Shown here: positions 11,762 through 22,084 of the stretch, piece by piece | How positions within the stretch are numbered: position 1 is the stretch's first letter | Layout: the number at the start of each line of letters is the position of its first letter | NCBI GenBank assembly: GCA_024704765.1 | Contig: JAKMXF010000077.1 | Coordinates: 62,001-126,000, forward strand | From: Oopsacas minuta | Taxonomy: Eukaryota > Animalia > Porifera | DNA: 64,000 nt | Direction: 5' to 3' | Notes under the pieces: model-generated | The model's database searches: none | What the model was told of the DNA's origin: nothing | The model's input: only the letters and a program-made list of their open reading frames with translations | Translations under genes and position numbers: made by a program

Positions 11762-13640
11762 TAGGCAGGATCAAGAAAAGTATCATTGTCACTTCAACTT
11801 CTACCTAAAGCAAAAGTTGCCTTTAATCTTTCTAGGAAAATGTGAGACATAAATTTGAAAAATATTTCGAGTTGACCCTTGCGGTTTTATATTTTGCTGT
11901 GTCACTTTCGCAAACTTGACTTTGAATTGTCCGAATTTTCTAATTCCTTTGACTTAGCCCCTTTAGATATACTATTGGTTATAGTAAGTTGCATATTTGC
12001 TTTCGAATGGTGTATTAGGCTGATTTCTATTTCCAAAGATACCCAAGTTATCAAGATATTCTTTGCATATTCTATCATACCCTAATAATATTATCCACAC
12101 CCCTTTTTTTCCGAAGATTTGCAAATGCATAATTCTTACAAAAAATAGCTATATCCTCACCAAACTTAGTATAATTCTGTATCTAGATCCAAATTCATCA
12201 ATAGATTACTACAAAGAAATTTTACCAACTTTCCTTATCTCTCTTGCTCTTAACTTAGTTACCTTTATCTAGCATGGAATTTATTGTCAATTATTGTATC
12301 TAAATAAAAACTCACTCAAATGACTCATATTATAGAGTTATTATATCCCTATAATTTATGTAATTTTGAATATGGTAGGATACACGCTTAGTTGTACATA
12401 GTATTTCATCCTGTTTTTGGTTATCCTGGACCCATCCCAGAAAATCTACTCCCAATAAAAACTAGATCTACACAATCATTTATAGTATGCTTAGAAATGA
12501 AGATTCTAAATCAACTAGAGATGATATAGCGAAATAATCAACTGAAGTATTAGTGCGTATCTATAATTTGGCTTCCATACCCACAAAATCAGAGCTCCAA
12601 ATATAACAGTACATCATTTCTGATATTATTGAGAGAGCTAAATACTACAGAAAAAGTATCCTAAACAAGCAATATCCTGACCGTGTCCAGCCTATAATTC
12701 CGAATTCAATGTCTTGTCCGACGTCTCAAGTTGCAAATGCAAAATTCAAGAAGCAAAAAGTTTTGCTCTCTCGATAATATCAGAAATGATGTACTGTTAT
12801 ATTTGGAGCTCTGATTTTGTGGGTATGGAAGCCAAATTATAGATACGCACTAATACTTCAGTTGATTATTTCGCTATATCATCTCTAGTTGATTTAGAAT
12901 CTTCATTTCTAAGCATACTATAAATGATTGTGTAGATCTAGTTTTTATTGGGAGTAGATTTTCAGGGATGGGTCCAGGATAACCAAAAACAGGATGAAAT
13001 ACTATGTATAACTAAGCGTGTATCCTACCATATTCAAAATTACATAAATTATAGGGATATAATAACTCTATAATATGAGTCATTTGAGTGAGTTTTTATT
13101 TAGATACAATAATTGACAATAAATTCCATGCTAGATAAAGGTAACTAAGTTAAGAGCAAGAGAGATAAGGAAAGTTGATAAAATTTCTTTGTAGTAATCT
13201 ATTGATGAATTTGGATCTAGATACAGAATTATACTAAGTTTGGTGAGGATATAGCTATTTTTTGTAAGAATTATGCATTTGCAAATCTTCAGAAAAAAAA
13301 GGGGGATAATATTATTAGGGTATGATAGAATATGCAAGGAGTATCTTGATAACCTGAGTATCTTTGGACATAGAAATCAGCCTAATACACCATTCGAAAG
13401 CAAATATGCAACTTACTATTACCAAATAATATACCTAAAGGGGCTAAGTCAAAAGAATTAGAAAATTCGGACAATTTAAAGTTAAGTTTGCGAAAGTGAC
13501 ACAGCAAAATATAAAATCGCAAGGGTCAACTCGAAATATTTTTCAAATTTAGGTCTCACATTTTCCTAGAAAGATTAAAGGCAACTTTTGCCATAGGTAG
13601 AAGTTGAAGCGACAATGTATATTTTTCTCGATCCGGCCTA
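11762..13640. mobile_element. Fold-back (palindromic) non-autonomous hAT element, probably hATm-derived
   Basis: Arms 11762-12638 and 12765-13640 are inverted copies around a spacer of about 126 bp. Perfect 8-bp TSD ATATGCAA (11754-11761 and 13641-13648). Termini TAGGC(A/C)GGATC(A/G)AGAAAA. Broken frame HPVFGYPGPIPENLLP...VRIYNLASIPT resembles hATm transposase N-termini as I recall them. Confidence 0.88.
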
Positions 13641-13871
13641 ATATGCAATGTATTATTTGCGAATAGGTTATCGTATCCGAGGAATCTAATGGGGTAATCA
13701 AATTTCTTCTATGGCTTCTAGATTTCTGGATATGACGTCATCACATATTATGATGGCGGCACATTGTAAAAATCATTTAATATAACTCATAGAAATTTCC
13801 ACTTCATAAGAAAAATCTCATACTCTGTATATATACTATTACCCTGTATAATATTTGGATAAGAGTGTATA

Positions 13872-15179
13872 CAGGGTGCCAATTAAGTTCTGATACAGTT
13901 CCGATAGATCTGATACGTTTCAAATGTATTATATTACCATTTCTATCATTTATATTCTAACATATATGTCTTCCTGTTATGCTCAAACAGTAATCTAAAT
14001 CTATATACGCATAAAATCAGAAATTTCAACGTGGAAGTAAAGAGGCCGAAAATTACTTCATTATTTATGACCGGGAGCACACAGAGCGAGATTTTGAAAA
14101 AGCTGACAAGTGAAAAGATCAACAGATTATTCATTTATCGTACTCATAAACGATATAACAATACCAAAAGTGTGGAGGACAAGCCTCGTTCTGGCCGACC
14201 TACTATAGTTCGTACGAGAGCACTAAGGAAAAAACTCTGCAGTAAAATCGGCCGAAATCCCAGGCGGTCAATCCGGAAGATGGCAAGAGAGTACTCTGTT
14301 AATCGCGAAAATTACGAAAGGTGATATATGAGGGCCTGGGGCTTAAATCACTCTAACGGCAAACAGTTCATCAACTCACTCCCACTCTTCGGGTAAAAAG
14401 ACATGAAAGGTGCAAAAGGCTTCTGTGGCGTCTCGTAAATGAAAATTATGAACAGATATTGTTTTCGTACGAAAAGATTTTCACAGTAGAAGAAGCAATT
14501 AACCGTCAAAATGATAGAGTTATTGCGTCATCATGCAAAGACATCCCTGAGAGCATTAAATTCATCGATCGAGTGCAAAGACCGCTTTCTCTGATGGTCT
14601 GGGCTGGGGTGTCCGCAGATCCTCGGACAAAGTTGATTTTTGTCCCACAAGGGGTCAAAATTAACTCGCAAACATATAGAGATTTGATTCTTGAGCCTGT
14701 AATCAAATCTGCTGGTTCATCCTTGTTCAAAAACAAACCCTGGATATTCCAGCAGGACTCTGCGCCAGGGTATACCTCGAAAGCAACTCAATCCTGGCTT
14801 TTAGGGGAAAATATTGACTTTTTGTCCAAGGAAGAATTGCCTCCTTCAAGTCCGGATTTGAATCCACTTGACTATTCCGTTTGGGGGACTTTACAGAACA
14901 GGGCCTGCGCTACTCCGTATAGAAATTTGGAATCTCTGCGGAAGGCTTTGATTAGAGAATAGGAGAAAATTCCGCCAGAAGAACTCCGCAAATCTGTCCA
15001 ACGGTTTCAAGGACGACTTAAAGCTGTAGTAAAGGCAAAAGGCGGTTATAGCGAATAGAATTGGAAAGGAAGATTTATTATAATATGCGTTAACTGTCAG
15101 CGAAAATTTAGATTGAAAGAATAACTAGTATAGGAAAAACCAGAGTATATTCGTGTATCAGAACTTAATTGTCACCCTG
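13872..15179 (+). mobile_element. maT (DD37D) transposon 1, 1308 bp, nested in the RAG1-like element
   Basis: 26-bp TIRs CAGGGTG(C/A)CAATTAAGTTCTGATACA. TA on both flanks. Confidence 0.93.
14031..15058 (+). pseudogene. DD37D transposase, frameshift plus nonsense
   Basis: HTH with RSGRP, FSYEK (first D mutated to Y), QQDSAP-37 aa-PLDY, and an internal TAG at 14960-14962. Confidence 0.92.
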
Positions 15180-15200
15180 TAGATTTAACATTTTATGAAT

Positions 15201-17163
15201 CTATGAATTAATTATAAGTGAATCAACAATTTCGTCTATGGAAGAATCTAGTAATCTATTTTCGGTATTATCCCTACAACACTTTGCTCTTTATGTGTGG
15301 CCGTGATCCCCACACATTTCACAAACTAAACTTGAACGAAATTGATTCAATACAGGGTCACTTTCAGAGGCCAGTCTCACGAAAATGTCCGTTGCATTAT
15401 CTTCAAGTGAAGACTTCCTTGCAAGATTCTCCCTATACTTTCTTAGTAACTTGTTGCATGCCTCGGATCCCTCTTCCGAGAAACTTTTCAGACCTCGCCC
15501 AAAGTTGAACTCTTTTAATAATTCTTCTGAGTGAGCTAATACCCTGTGTAATGTTGGGGTAATGCTCACCCAAGGTAATGAATCAACGATCACGAGTTAT
15601 GTATCAGTGCATAGATTACAAAAGATCTCGGAGTTAATGATCCTGTCTGAATTGATTATTCGAAGAATAGCTGACAAGTGTGTATGTAGTTTTGGAAGTG
15701 TTTCTTTGTGTTCTGTTTCAACAACTGATAATACAAACTCAATGTATTTCGAATCACAGGAAAATGCTCAACGAGCTACACTGCCAGTAGAGTTAGTACC
15801 TCCACTTGCATTCGGCTGATCTATGCTCATTCCTGTCTTCTCTTCAATCAGGTTTCTGACAAATACCACTGAATTTTTTATCGCCAAAGATGTCGTTGAC
15901 CATGTACGTTTTTCACAATTCAAATGATAAATTAGTAGCTTGAACCACCTGAAAATGCCAGTGTACGAGTGTAACGGAGATGCTGGAAGGATGTTTATTG
16001 TTGCGGTTGTTTCGTGCGTTATGTTACAACATTGGTTTGAAGGAAGTGAGAAAAACGAATGGCTGTTTTCTATTTCACAGAAAAGTTGAATTGCATCAGT
16101 AATGTGCCTGTTGATAAGAAATCCCTGTATTATCAACTCACGATCACTGAGTTCCTTATTTGTTGCTGTGCATAATTGACAACTTGCCCCACCTGCCCAA
16201 GATAGAATTCCTGCCATTTCCCATCAAGCATTGATCAAACAATGCCGACTCGTACTTGCTGATCAGGGCCAAGAGTAAATCCTTCACTTCTCATATGATC
16301 AGTATCAGTATTGATTAGATCGTCCATAAATCGCTTGATATTAGCTTCGTTTTCTTTCGCAGCGAGGAGGAAAATCGGACGTTGAGCAAAAGGAGAACTG
16401 AGAGTGTTATTTTTCCAGAGTTCGCGACCGCTATTTCTTATTATCTTTACAGCTCTGAAACAGAATAAGATAAACGACTTAGTATCTGTATTCGTGTTTG
16501 ATTGATCATATACAGTGTGACTTCCAGAGCCATCTAGTCCGTCTACTATCTGGAATTGTAGGGGAAAATCTTGAGCTGTAGGTGGCGGTTTCATGGACAT
16601 AAGCCTGCAAAAAGTATGGCGGACGTGATGGGCATATGGCATATATACACCAAGTGGAGTTTCAGGATTGGGGTACATCTGAATATCCGACCGTAAAATT
16701 ATACTGTTTCTTTCTTCTACTACCCTATAGTATGCCGGGAAACGAATATCGCTAGATAGCAAGTGATGTCGGAGTTGTGTGTATTTCCTCTTGCCAATTT
16801 CTAGGAAATCTACAAGGAACATTGTCTTGGTAACATTGAGCTCTTTCTTTAACAATTTACCGAATTGACCCGAAAGCTTGTCAAAGACTACAGATTTTGA
16901 AACTTTAGCTATTTCTCGCTGTTTGGTTTGGTTCAATAGTAGTTGCAAGGTAGTGCAGCTATCTTGAACTCTGAAGTATTCTCAACGATTGAGAGTGCCT
17001 TGATAGATTCCAAGACATTTGAGAGTCGTGAGTGTTGTTGTGGCATCATGAGATTGTTGATACTCTTCCTATGGTTTGCAGAGAGTGTGGATATGACTTC
17101 TTCATCATCTGAGGACAGCTTAACGGTATCATAAAAACGGTTCCTCCTTAACTCTGGTTCCAT
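15201..17163 (-). pseudogene. RAG1-core-like (Transib superfamily) transposase
   Basis: ORFs 16933-17163, 16235-16948, 15768-16217 and 15291-15593 join through two 1-nt frameshifts and in-frame stops. Motifs: DGLDGSGSH (RAG1 D600-like), SSPFAQRPIFL, SMLDGK (D708-like), CQLC, SPLHS, ITPTLHRVLAH, SEEGSEACNKLLRKYRENLARK (E962-like; RAG1 has [21 protein letters not shown]), and the tail CEMCGDHGHT*RAKCC. Confidence 0.92.
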
Positions 17164-17650
17164 GGAACCACAATGCCACCAGTCTCCCTCTAAGCCAGTG
17201 CTACTTAACCGATGGGGAATGGAAGATCATTGGGTGGGGAATGGTGCTTCTGAGAAATATTATATAAAAGTTATTAAATGTGGGGACATATTCACTGAAA
17301 TTCTAAATAATATGTCAAGTTCTGCGAATTTAATGAATTCTAAGAATACATTTAAGTGAGATATAACCATGCAAATCCAAGTGGAATCAAATGCTTTTTC
17401 ATTTGCACTAAATTTTGAATGGTATCTTTGCTTATAATAAATTTTTATTTGGAGATTGACACTACGTAGAAATTCAATCAATGTTCCAGTTCTAATTTAG
17501 TGAAATTGAACTTGTTTCATACCTGATATTTCATATAAATAGTAACCAACTTTCAACAATTATTCAACTCAAATGACTCTGATTTAGAATTATTTTACAT
17601 TATTTGGCCTCCTCGACTTCTTAGTCTCAATTTTCTAACTTTCTTACAGT

Positions 17651-19688
17651 AATTTATATAAGTCAGTGTTTACCATGTCACTGAAGAGAAAGTATCACGA
17701 AGATTATCTGAATTTTGGCACTACATACCAGGAAAAATAGTGGTTATCCACTTCCACAATGCGTATTATGTATGAAAACTCTTTCGAATTCAAGTATGAA
17801 GCCGTACCAACTGAAGCAACATCTCACCACAGTCCACCCGGAGCATTCCAAAAATGATCGAGCTTTCTTTGAGCTGAAGGAAACTGGATTAAAAAAGGTG
17901 AAATTAGATTCCAGTGGAGCATTCCATCAATAGGCAAAGTCAATTGTTTACACGTCGTATGCCAGTGCACTATTGGTGGCAAAAACAAGAAACCTCATAC
18001 AATCGGGGATACTCTCATAAAGCCCTGCATTCTTGAATGTGCTCGAATAGTCCTCAACAAAGATGCCATTAGCAAGCTGGAGCAAATATCCATGTTAAAC
18101 GACACAATCAAGTCAAGGATTGTTGATATGTCTAACAATATCAAACATCAGATAATTACAAAAATCCAGGCATCTCCCATGTTTGCTATCCAGCTGGACG
18201 AGTCTACAGATGTGGCTAATCTTTCTCAATTGATGGTTTTTGCTCGTTATATGAATGGTCCGACGATTGAGGAGGAGTTCCTATTCTGTAAGCCCTTAGA
18301 GACGACAACAAAGGCAGAAGATGTCATGGCCGTAGTCTCAACATTCTTTGGGGATATGAATCTTAACTGGAAAAATATAGTCGGGGTGTGCTCAGATGGA
18401 GCACCAGCCATATTGGGTAGCCCGATCTGGTTTTATCTCGCTTGTTAAACACAAGAATCCGAATGTGCAGGAACCCAATGTTTCATCCATCGCCAGGCAC
18501 TGGCCTCTAAAATAATGCCTAGTTCTCTATGTGCTAATTTATCGATCGTCATTAAAGTAGTCAACTATATCAAAAGCGGAGCGTCCAATACCCGCTTATT
18601 TCGCCAAATTTGTGAAGGAATGGATGCTATCCATCAGTCTCTCTTGTTCCATACGCAGGTACGGTGGTTATCCAAAGGAAACATGTTAGCTCGCTATTTG
18701 AACTTAAGGAAGAGGTGGACACCTTTCTTAAGATGAAATACAAGATGGATCTCCTAACTGAATTTAATAAACCAGAGTTTGTCTCTCACTTGGCATACCT
18801 TGCAGATATCTTTGAAGCTCTAAATGAGCTCAATCGGAAACTTCAGGGCCGAGATACCACATTATCAGTCATACAGACAACATTAATGCCTCATCTCCAA
18901 AAGTAAACTCTGGAGAAGAAAGATCATGGAAGGCAATACATGTTCTTTTCATCGATTGACAGATGTACTCTATAATGAACCCTTTTTTGCACAACTTCAA
19001 AAAGACATAATGGAGCATCTTGACTGCCTGGGAAGGAAGTTTACTAAATATTTTCCTGGGATTAACACAGAGGATCCATTATTTGCTATTGTAAGAAATC
19101 CATTCAAGTGTGTGGTTGAGACGATTCCAGAGGATATCCAAGAGGAGTTTCTAGAACTTGTCCATGATTCATTTAGCAAGGATGAGTTCGAAATTCTTAG
19201 TCACTCTGACTTCTGGGCCAAAATGTATTTGGCTTATCCAATCGTCAGTAAACAAGCTCTTAAAACTATTGTGCCTTTCTCACCAACTTATCTATGTGAG
19301 TCTGGATTTTCAAGCTTACTTGCTATCAAAACAAAGGCTCGAAACAAATTAGAGGTGGAAGATGACCTGTGATGTTCTATCTCCTTTACTGAACCCGATA
19401 TCACCGATCTTGTACGTAGTAAACAAATACAAAAATCACATTAAAGAATTGAATCACTTATTTACCATCACAAATTTAGTACTTCCGAAAAATGTACTGA
19501 GATGTCATGTTGATTAATTAAAAAATACATTATCTAAATTCAAATATATAAGTTACAAAACTTCTAAAACGAATGGGATTATATGGCCGTGTGCTTTTGA
19601 ATATTTAAATAACATTCATGATTTGGTGGGAAATGATTGACTGAGTCTTCCAAAGTGGGAAATGGCCCAAAAAGGTAAAGAACCGCTG
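17651..19688 (+). mobile_element. hAT Buster/Charlie-type element, left end deleted, nested in the RAG1-like element
   Basis: Right end AAAAAGGTAAAGAACCGCTG is typical of the group. No left TIR and no matching copy of the flank CTCTAAGC, so the left boundary is approximate. Confidence 0.8.
17675..19444 (+). pseudogene. Buster/ZBED8-SCAND3-like hAT transposase
   Basis: BED-like CVLC...LKQHL, FAIQLDESTD, CSDGAP, VRWLSKG, TYLCESGFS. Several frameshifts and stops. Confidence 0.93.
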
Positions 19689-20526
19689 CTCTAAGCAATC
19701 TAGCGATTTCTTTACCTTCCTAATCCTGCTTCTTACTCGGAGCAGCGTTGCTTCCAATTGTTTCCTTTCTTCGAAGTCCATTTGAAAGTTCTACCCAAAG
19801 AAACTGAATATCGTCGAGATACAGTTGTTGTTGTCTTTCAAAATCTTCACAAAATTCAAGATCAGAGTTAGGGAAAGTTAGTTCTTGAGTCATTGAAAAA
19901 AGCGTAGAAAACGGTTGATTATCAGCAAATTCAATTTGTTAGTGTCATATTAATCATGTATTTATATATTACATTTATTGGTATTGGAATGCTGCAATCA
20001 AGTAGATAAATTTAGCATATAAATTGCATAGCAACAAAAAGGTGACAATGGAATTCGCTGAAAGTTTTCATGTTGCACACTATTTCGGAGCGTATCATTT
20101 TAATATGTCTCTCTAGATATTATAATGCCATTCTGGGATTAATTTCCAAGTGGTGTTTTGTGGTGGTTTTTTTCGACCATTTGGAAGTTCTTTTTTACAA
20201 AATATTGTATCTCTAAAGTACCATTAATCAAATCAACTTTGAATCCTAATATAGTAAAAATACACTGACGAAAATGAGAAATCAGATTTAGCATAACTGA
20301 ATTGAGTTGAAGAAATAAAACAAATTTGATTCTGAGAATTCTGTGACGCTCTCAAGTAAACTTAAACTGGTGCTAATATTAGCATCACTGAAACCTTGGA
20401 TAGAACTATTTTTGATTGATTCTTTAAATTCATATTGTGAGAGCTATATGTTTCGATCGAATTGAAATTTAAAATTAACATTATTCAAACAAACAAGAAC
20501 GAGTTCAAACCATTAAAAATGAAATC

Positions 20527-20561
20527 TATTTTTGTCTATTCTTTGCATTTAAACCACTGTG
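20527..20561 (-). repeat. Right TIR, RSS-like: CACAGTG + 10 bp + AAAGAATAG + ACAAAAATA
   Basis: Read directly on the minus strand. Confidence 0.9.
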
Positions 20562-20649
20562 GATGCTAATCCCTATAATATACTTGTACATCATCTTCTC
20601 CTATGATTATAATACAAAATGGACAAACAAACATAAACACAAACATATA

Positions 20650-22021
20650 CAGTATGTTCGGAAATTATTGGGACTTTTCATGATTAACTTGAATCACCAT
20701 GAAGGATATCAGGTTATTCACATATTATACAACCATTTACCTTACTGTATATATACACTTCCTATAATTGTTAGAAAACCAATAGATTCGCTATTTCACT
20801 TAATATTTCGTTTGTTTGGCTGAAATATTGTGATTCCCAAGCAAATATACCTATATATATTTCGAGACCCCATTTCCGTCATCTAAGACCGCATATTTTG
20901 TACAATGTACAAGCACTCTACCCAACAACAGCGCAGAAATCAAATAGAGACACTATACAATGCAGGAATTACCAAAGGAGTGGATATCTGCCAGCGAACA
21001 AGTATACCTAAGCAGACTGTATATCGTGTCTTGAATCAGATAAAAGATAAAAAAAGCCTTCAGCACAAAAGGGGTGCTGGTCGGCCTTCAAAAATCAAGG
21101 CAAATGACAAAAGAAGGATAGCTGCTTTGTATCAAAGCAATCCGAGGACCTCTCTACGCTCTATACTACCGAGATTGAGCTCTCCTGTATCCATAAGTAC
21201 TCTTCATGCTCAGGTAAAGAGGCAAAACTTTGTCAGCAAGCGGGCTGTCCGAGTTCCAGCACTCACCGACCTCCATATTTCCAAAAGAATCGCCTGGTGT
21301 AAAGAAATGAAGTGTTTTGATTGGAGTAAGACCTTCTTTACGGATGAATGTTCAGTTTGGCTTGACTCTGGAAGAGTCAACATGTGGATTAAAAAGGGAC
21401 AAACAGTTCATCTGCCAACCTTCAGGCATCCATCTAAAGTTCATCTTTAGGGTGGAATTTCGATAATGGGGACTACACATCTGAGGATTTTCACAGAAAA
21501 TTCTAATCAGGTGGTGTATATTTCCACTCTTCGCGAGTGTCTTATTGAGGAGGCTAACGCAAAATACGTAGATAGCTGGGTTTTACAGGAGGATAACAGT
21601 CCTGTGCACACTGGCAGAGCAGCTAAGGGGTGGAAGACGGAGTTCGTCCCCCTTAGAATTGATTGGCCGCCAAATAGTCCAAACCTAGCGCCCATTGAGA
21701 ATCTGTGGGCAGTTTTGAAAAGGAGGTTGATTGTACTTCATCCTAAAACTGTAAGCCAACTAAAACAGGCAATTCAGGACATATGGGCAACATTTGATCC
21801 AGACTTTCTCCGTCCCTTTTGCACTTCAATGCCCAAAAGAATTAGATTGTGTTTAGACAATGCTGGGAAAAAAAATAATTATTGATAGAATGTGATAATA
21901 ATGCTAGTTTTTCTTCAACTATATGTATTTTAACTTAGTGTTAAAACGAGAAATCTCTACGAGTCATGAATTCATAGTAGAATACATTTATAATCAGTCC
22001 CAATAATTTCCGAACACACTG
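20650..22021 (+). mobile_element. Tc1 (DD34E) transposon, 1372 bp
   Basis: 26-bp TIRs CAGT(A/G)TGTTCGGAAATTATTGGGACT. TA on both flanks. Confidence 0.93.
20905..21885 (+). pseudogene. Tc1 transposase with a single premature stop
   Basis: ORFs 20905-21450 and 21466-21885 are in frame across a TAG (VHL*GGIS, probably Trp). FTDE, QEDNSPVH-34 aa-PIENLW. Confidence 0.92.
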
Positions 22022-22063
22022 TACACACAATAATTGAGATGGATTATTGTAGATATATACATA

Positions 22064-22084
22064 CATTATGTTCGGAAATTATTG
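22064..22084 (+). repeat. Orphan partial copy of the Tc1 left TIR
   Basis: TA|CATTATGTTCGGAAATTATTG versus TA|CAGTATGTTCGGAAATTATTG. Confidence 0.75.

Larger units (their letters stand above)
11698..20561 (-). mobile_element. RAG1-like / Transib-superfamily transposon with both ends intact and three nested insertions
   Basis: Left end CACAGTGGTTTAAAATG (11698). Right end revcomp CACAGTGGTTTAAATG (ends 20561). 5-bp TSD GATGC at 11693-11697 and 20562-20566. RAG1-core-like transposase on the minus strand inside. About 3.6 kb remains after removing the nested elements. Confidence 0.92.

Noticed and set aside
11762-12790. Plus-strand broken frame convergent with the RAG1-like gene, a candidate RAG2-like gene
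   Set aside because: It lies within a separate element with its own hAT termini and 8-bp TSD. It resembles a hATm N-terminus and shows no kelch-like repeats.
12063-13337. Twin 68-69 aa ORFs (MHILSYPNNII...) on opposite strands
   Set aside because: They are simply the two arms of the palindrome, with no evidence of coding function.
14506-14736. Antisense ORFs over transposases (also 15562-15819, 21507-21695, 25215-25439, 41526-41771, 58028-58632)
   Set aside because: Shadow ORFs of real coding sequence on the other strand.
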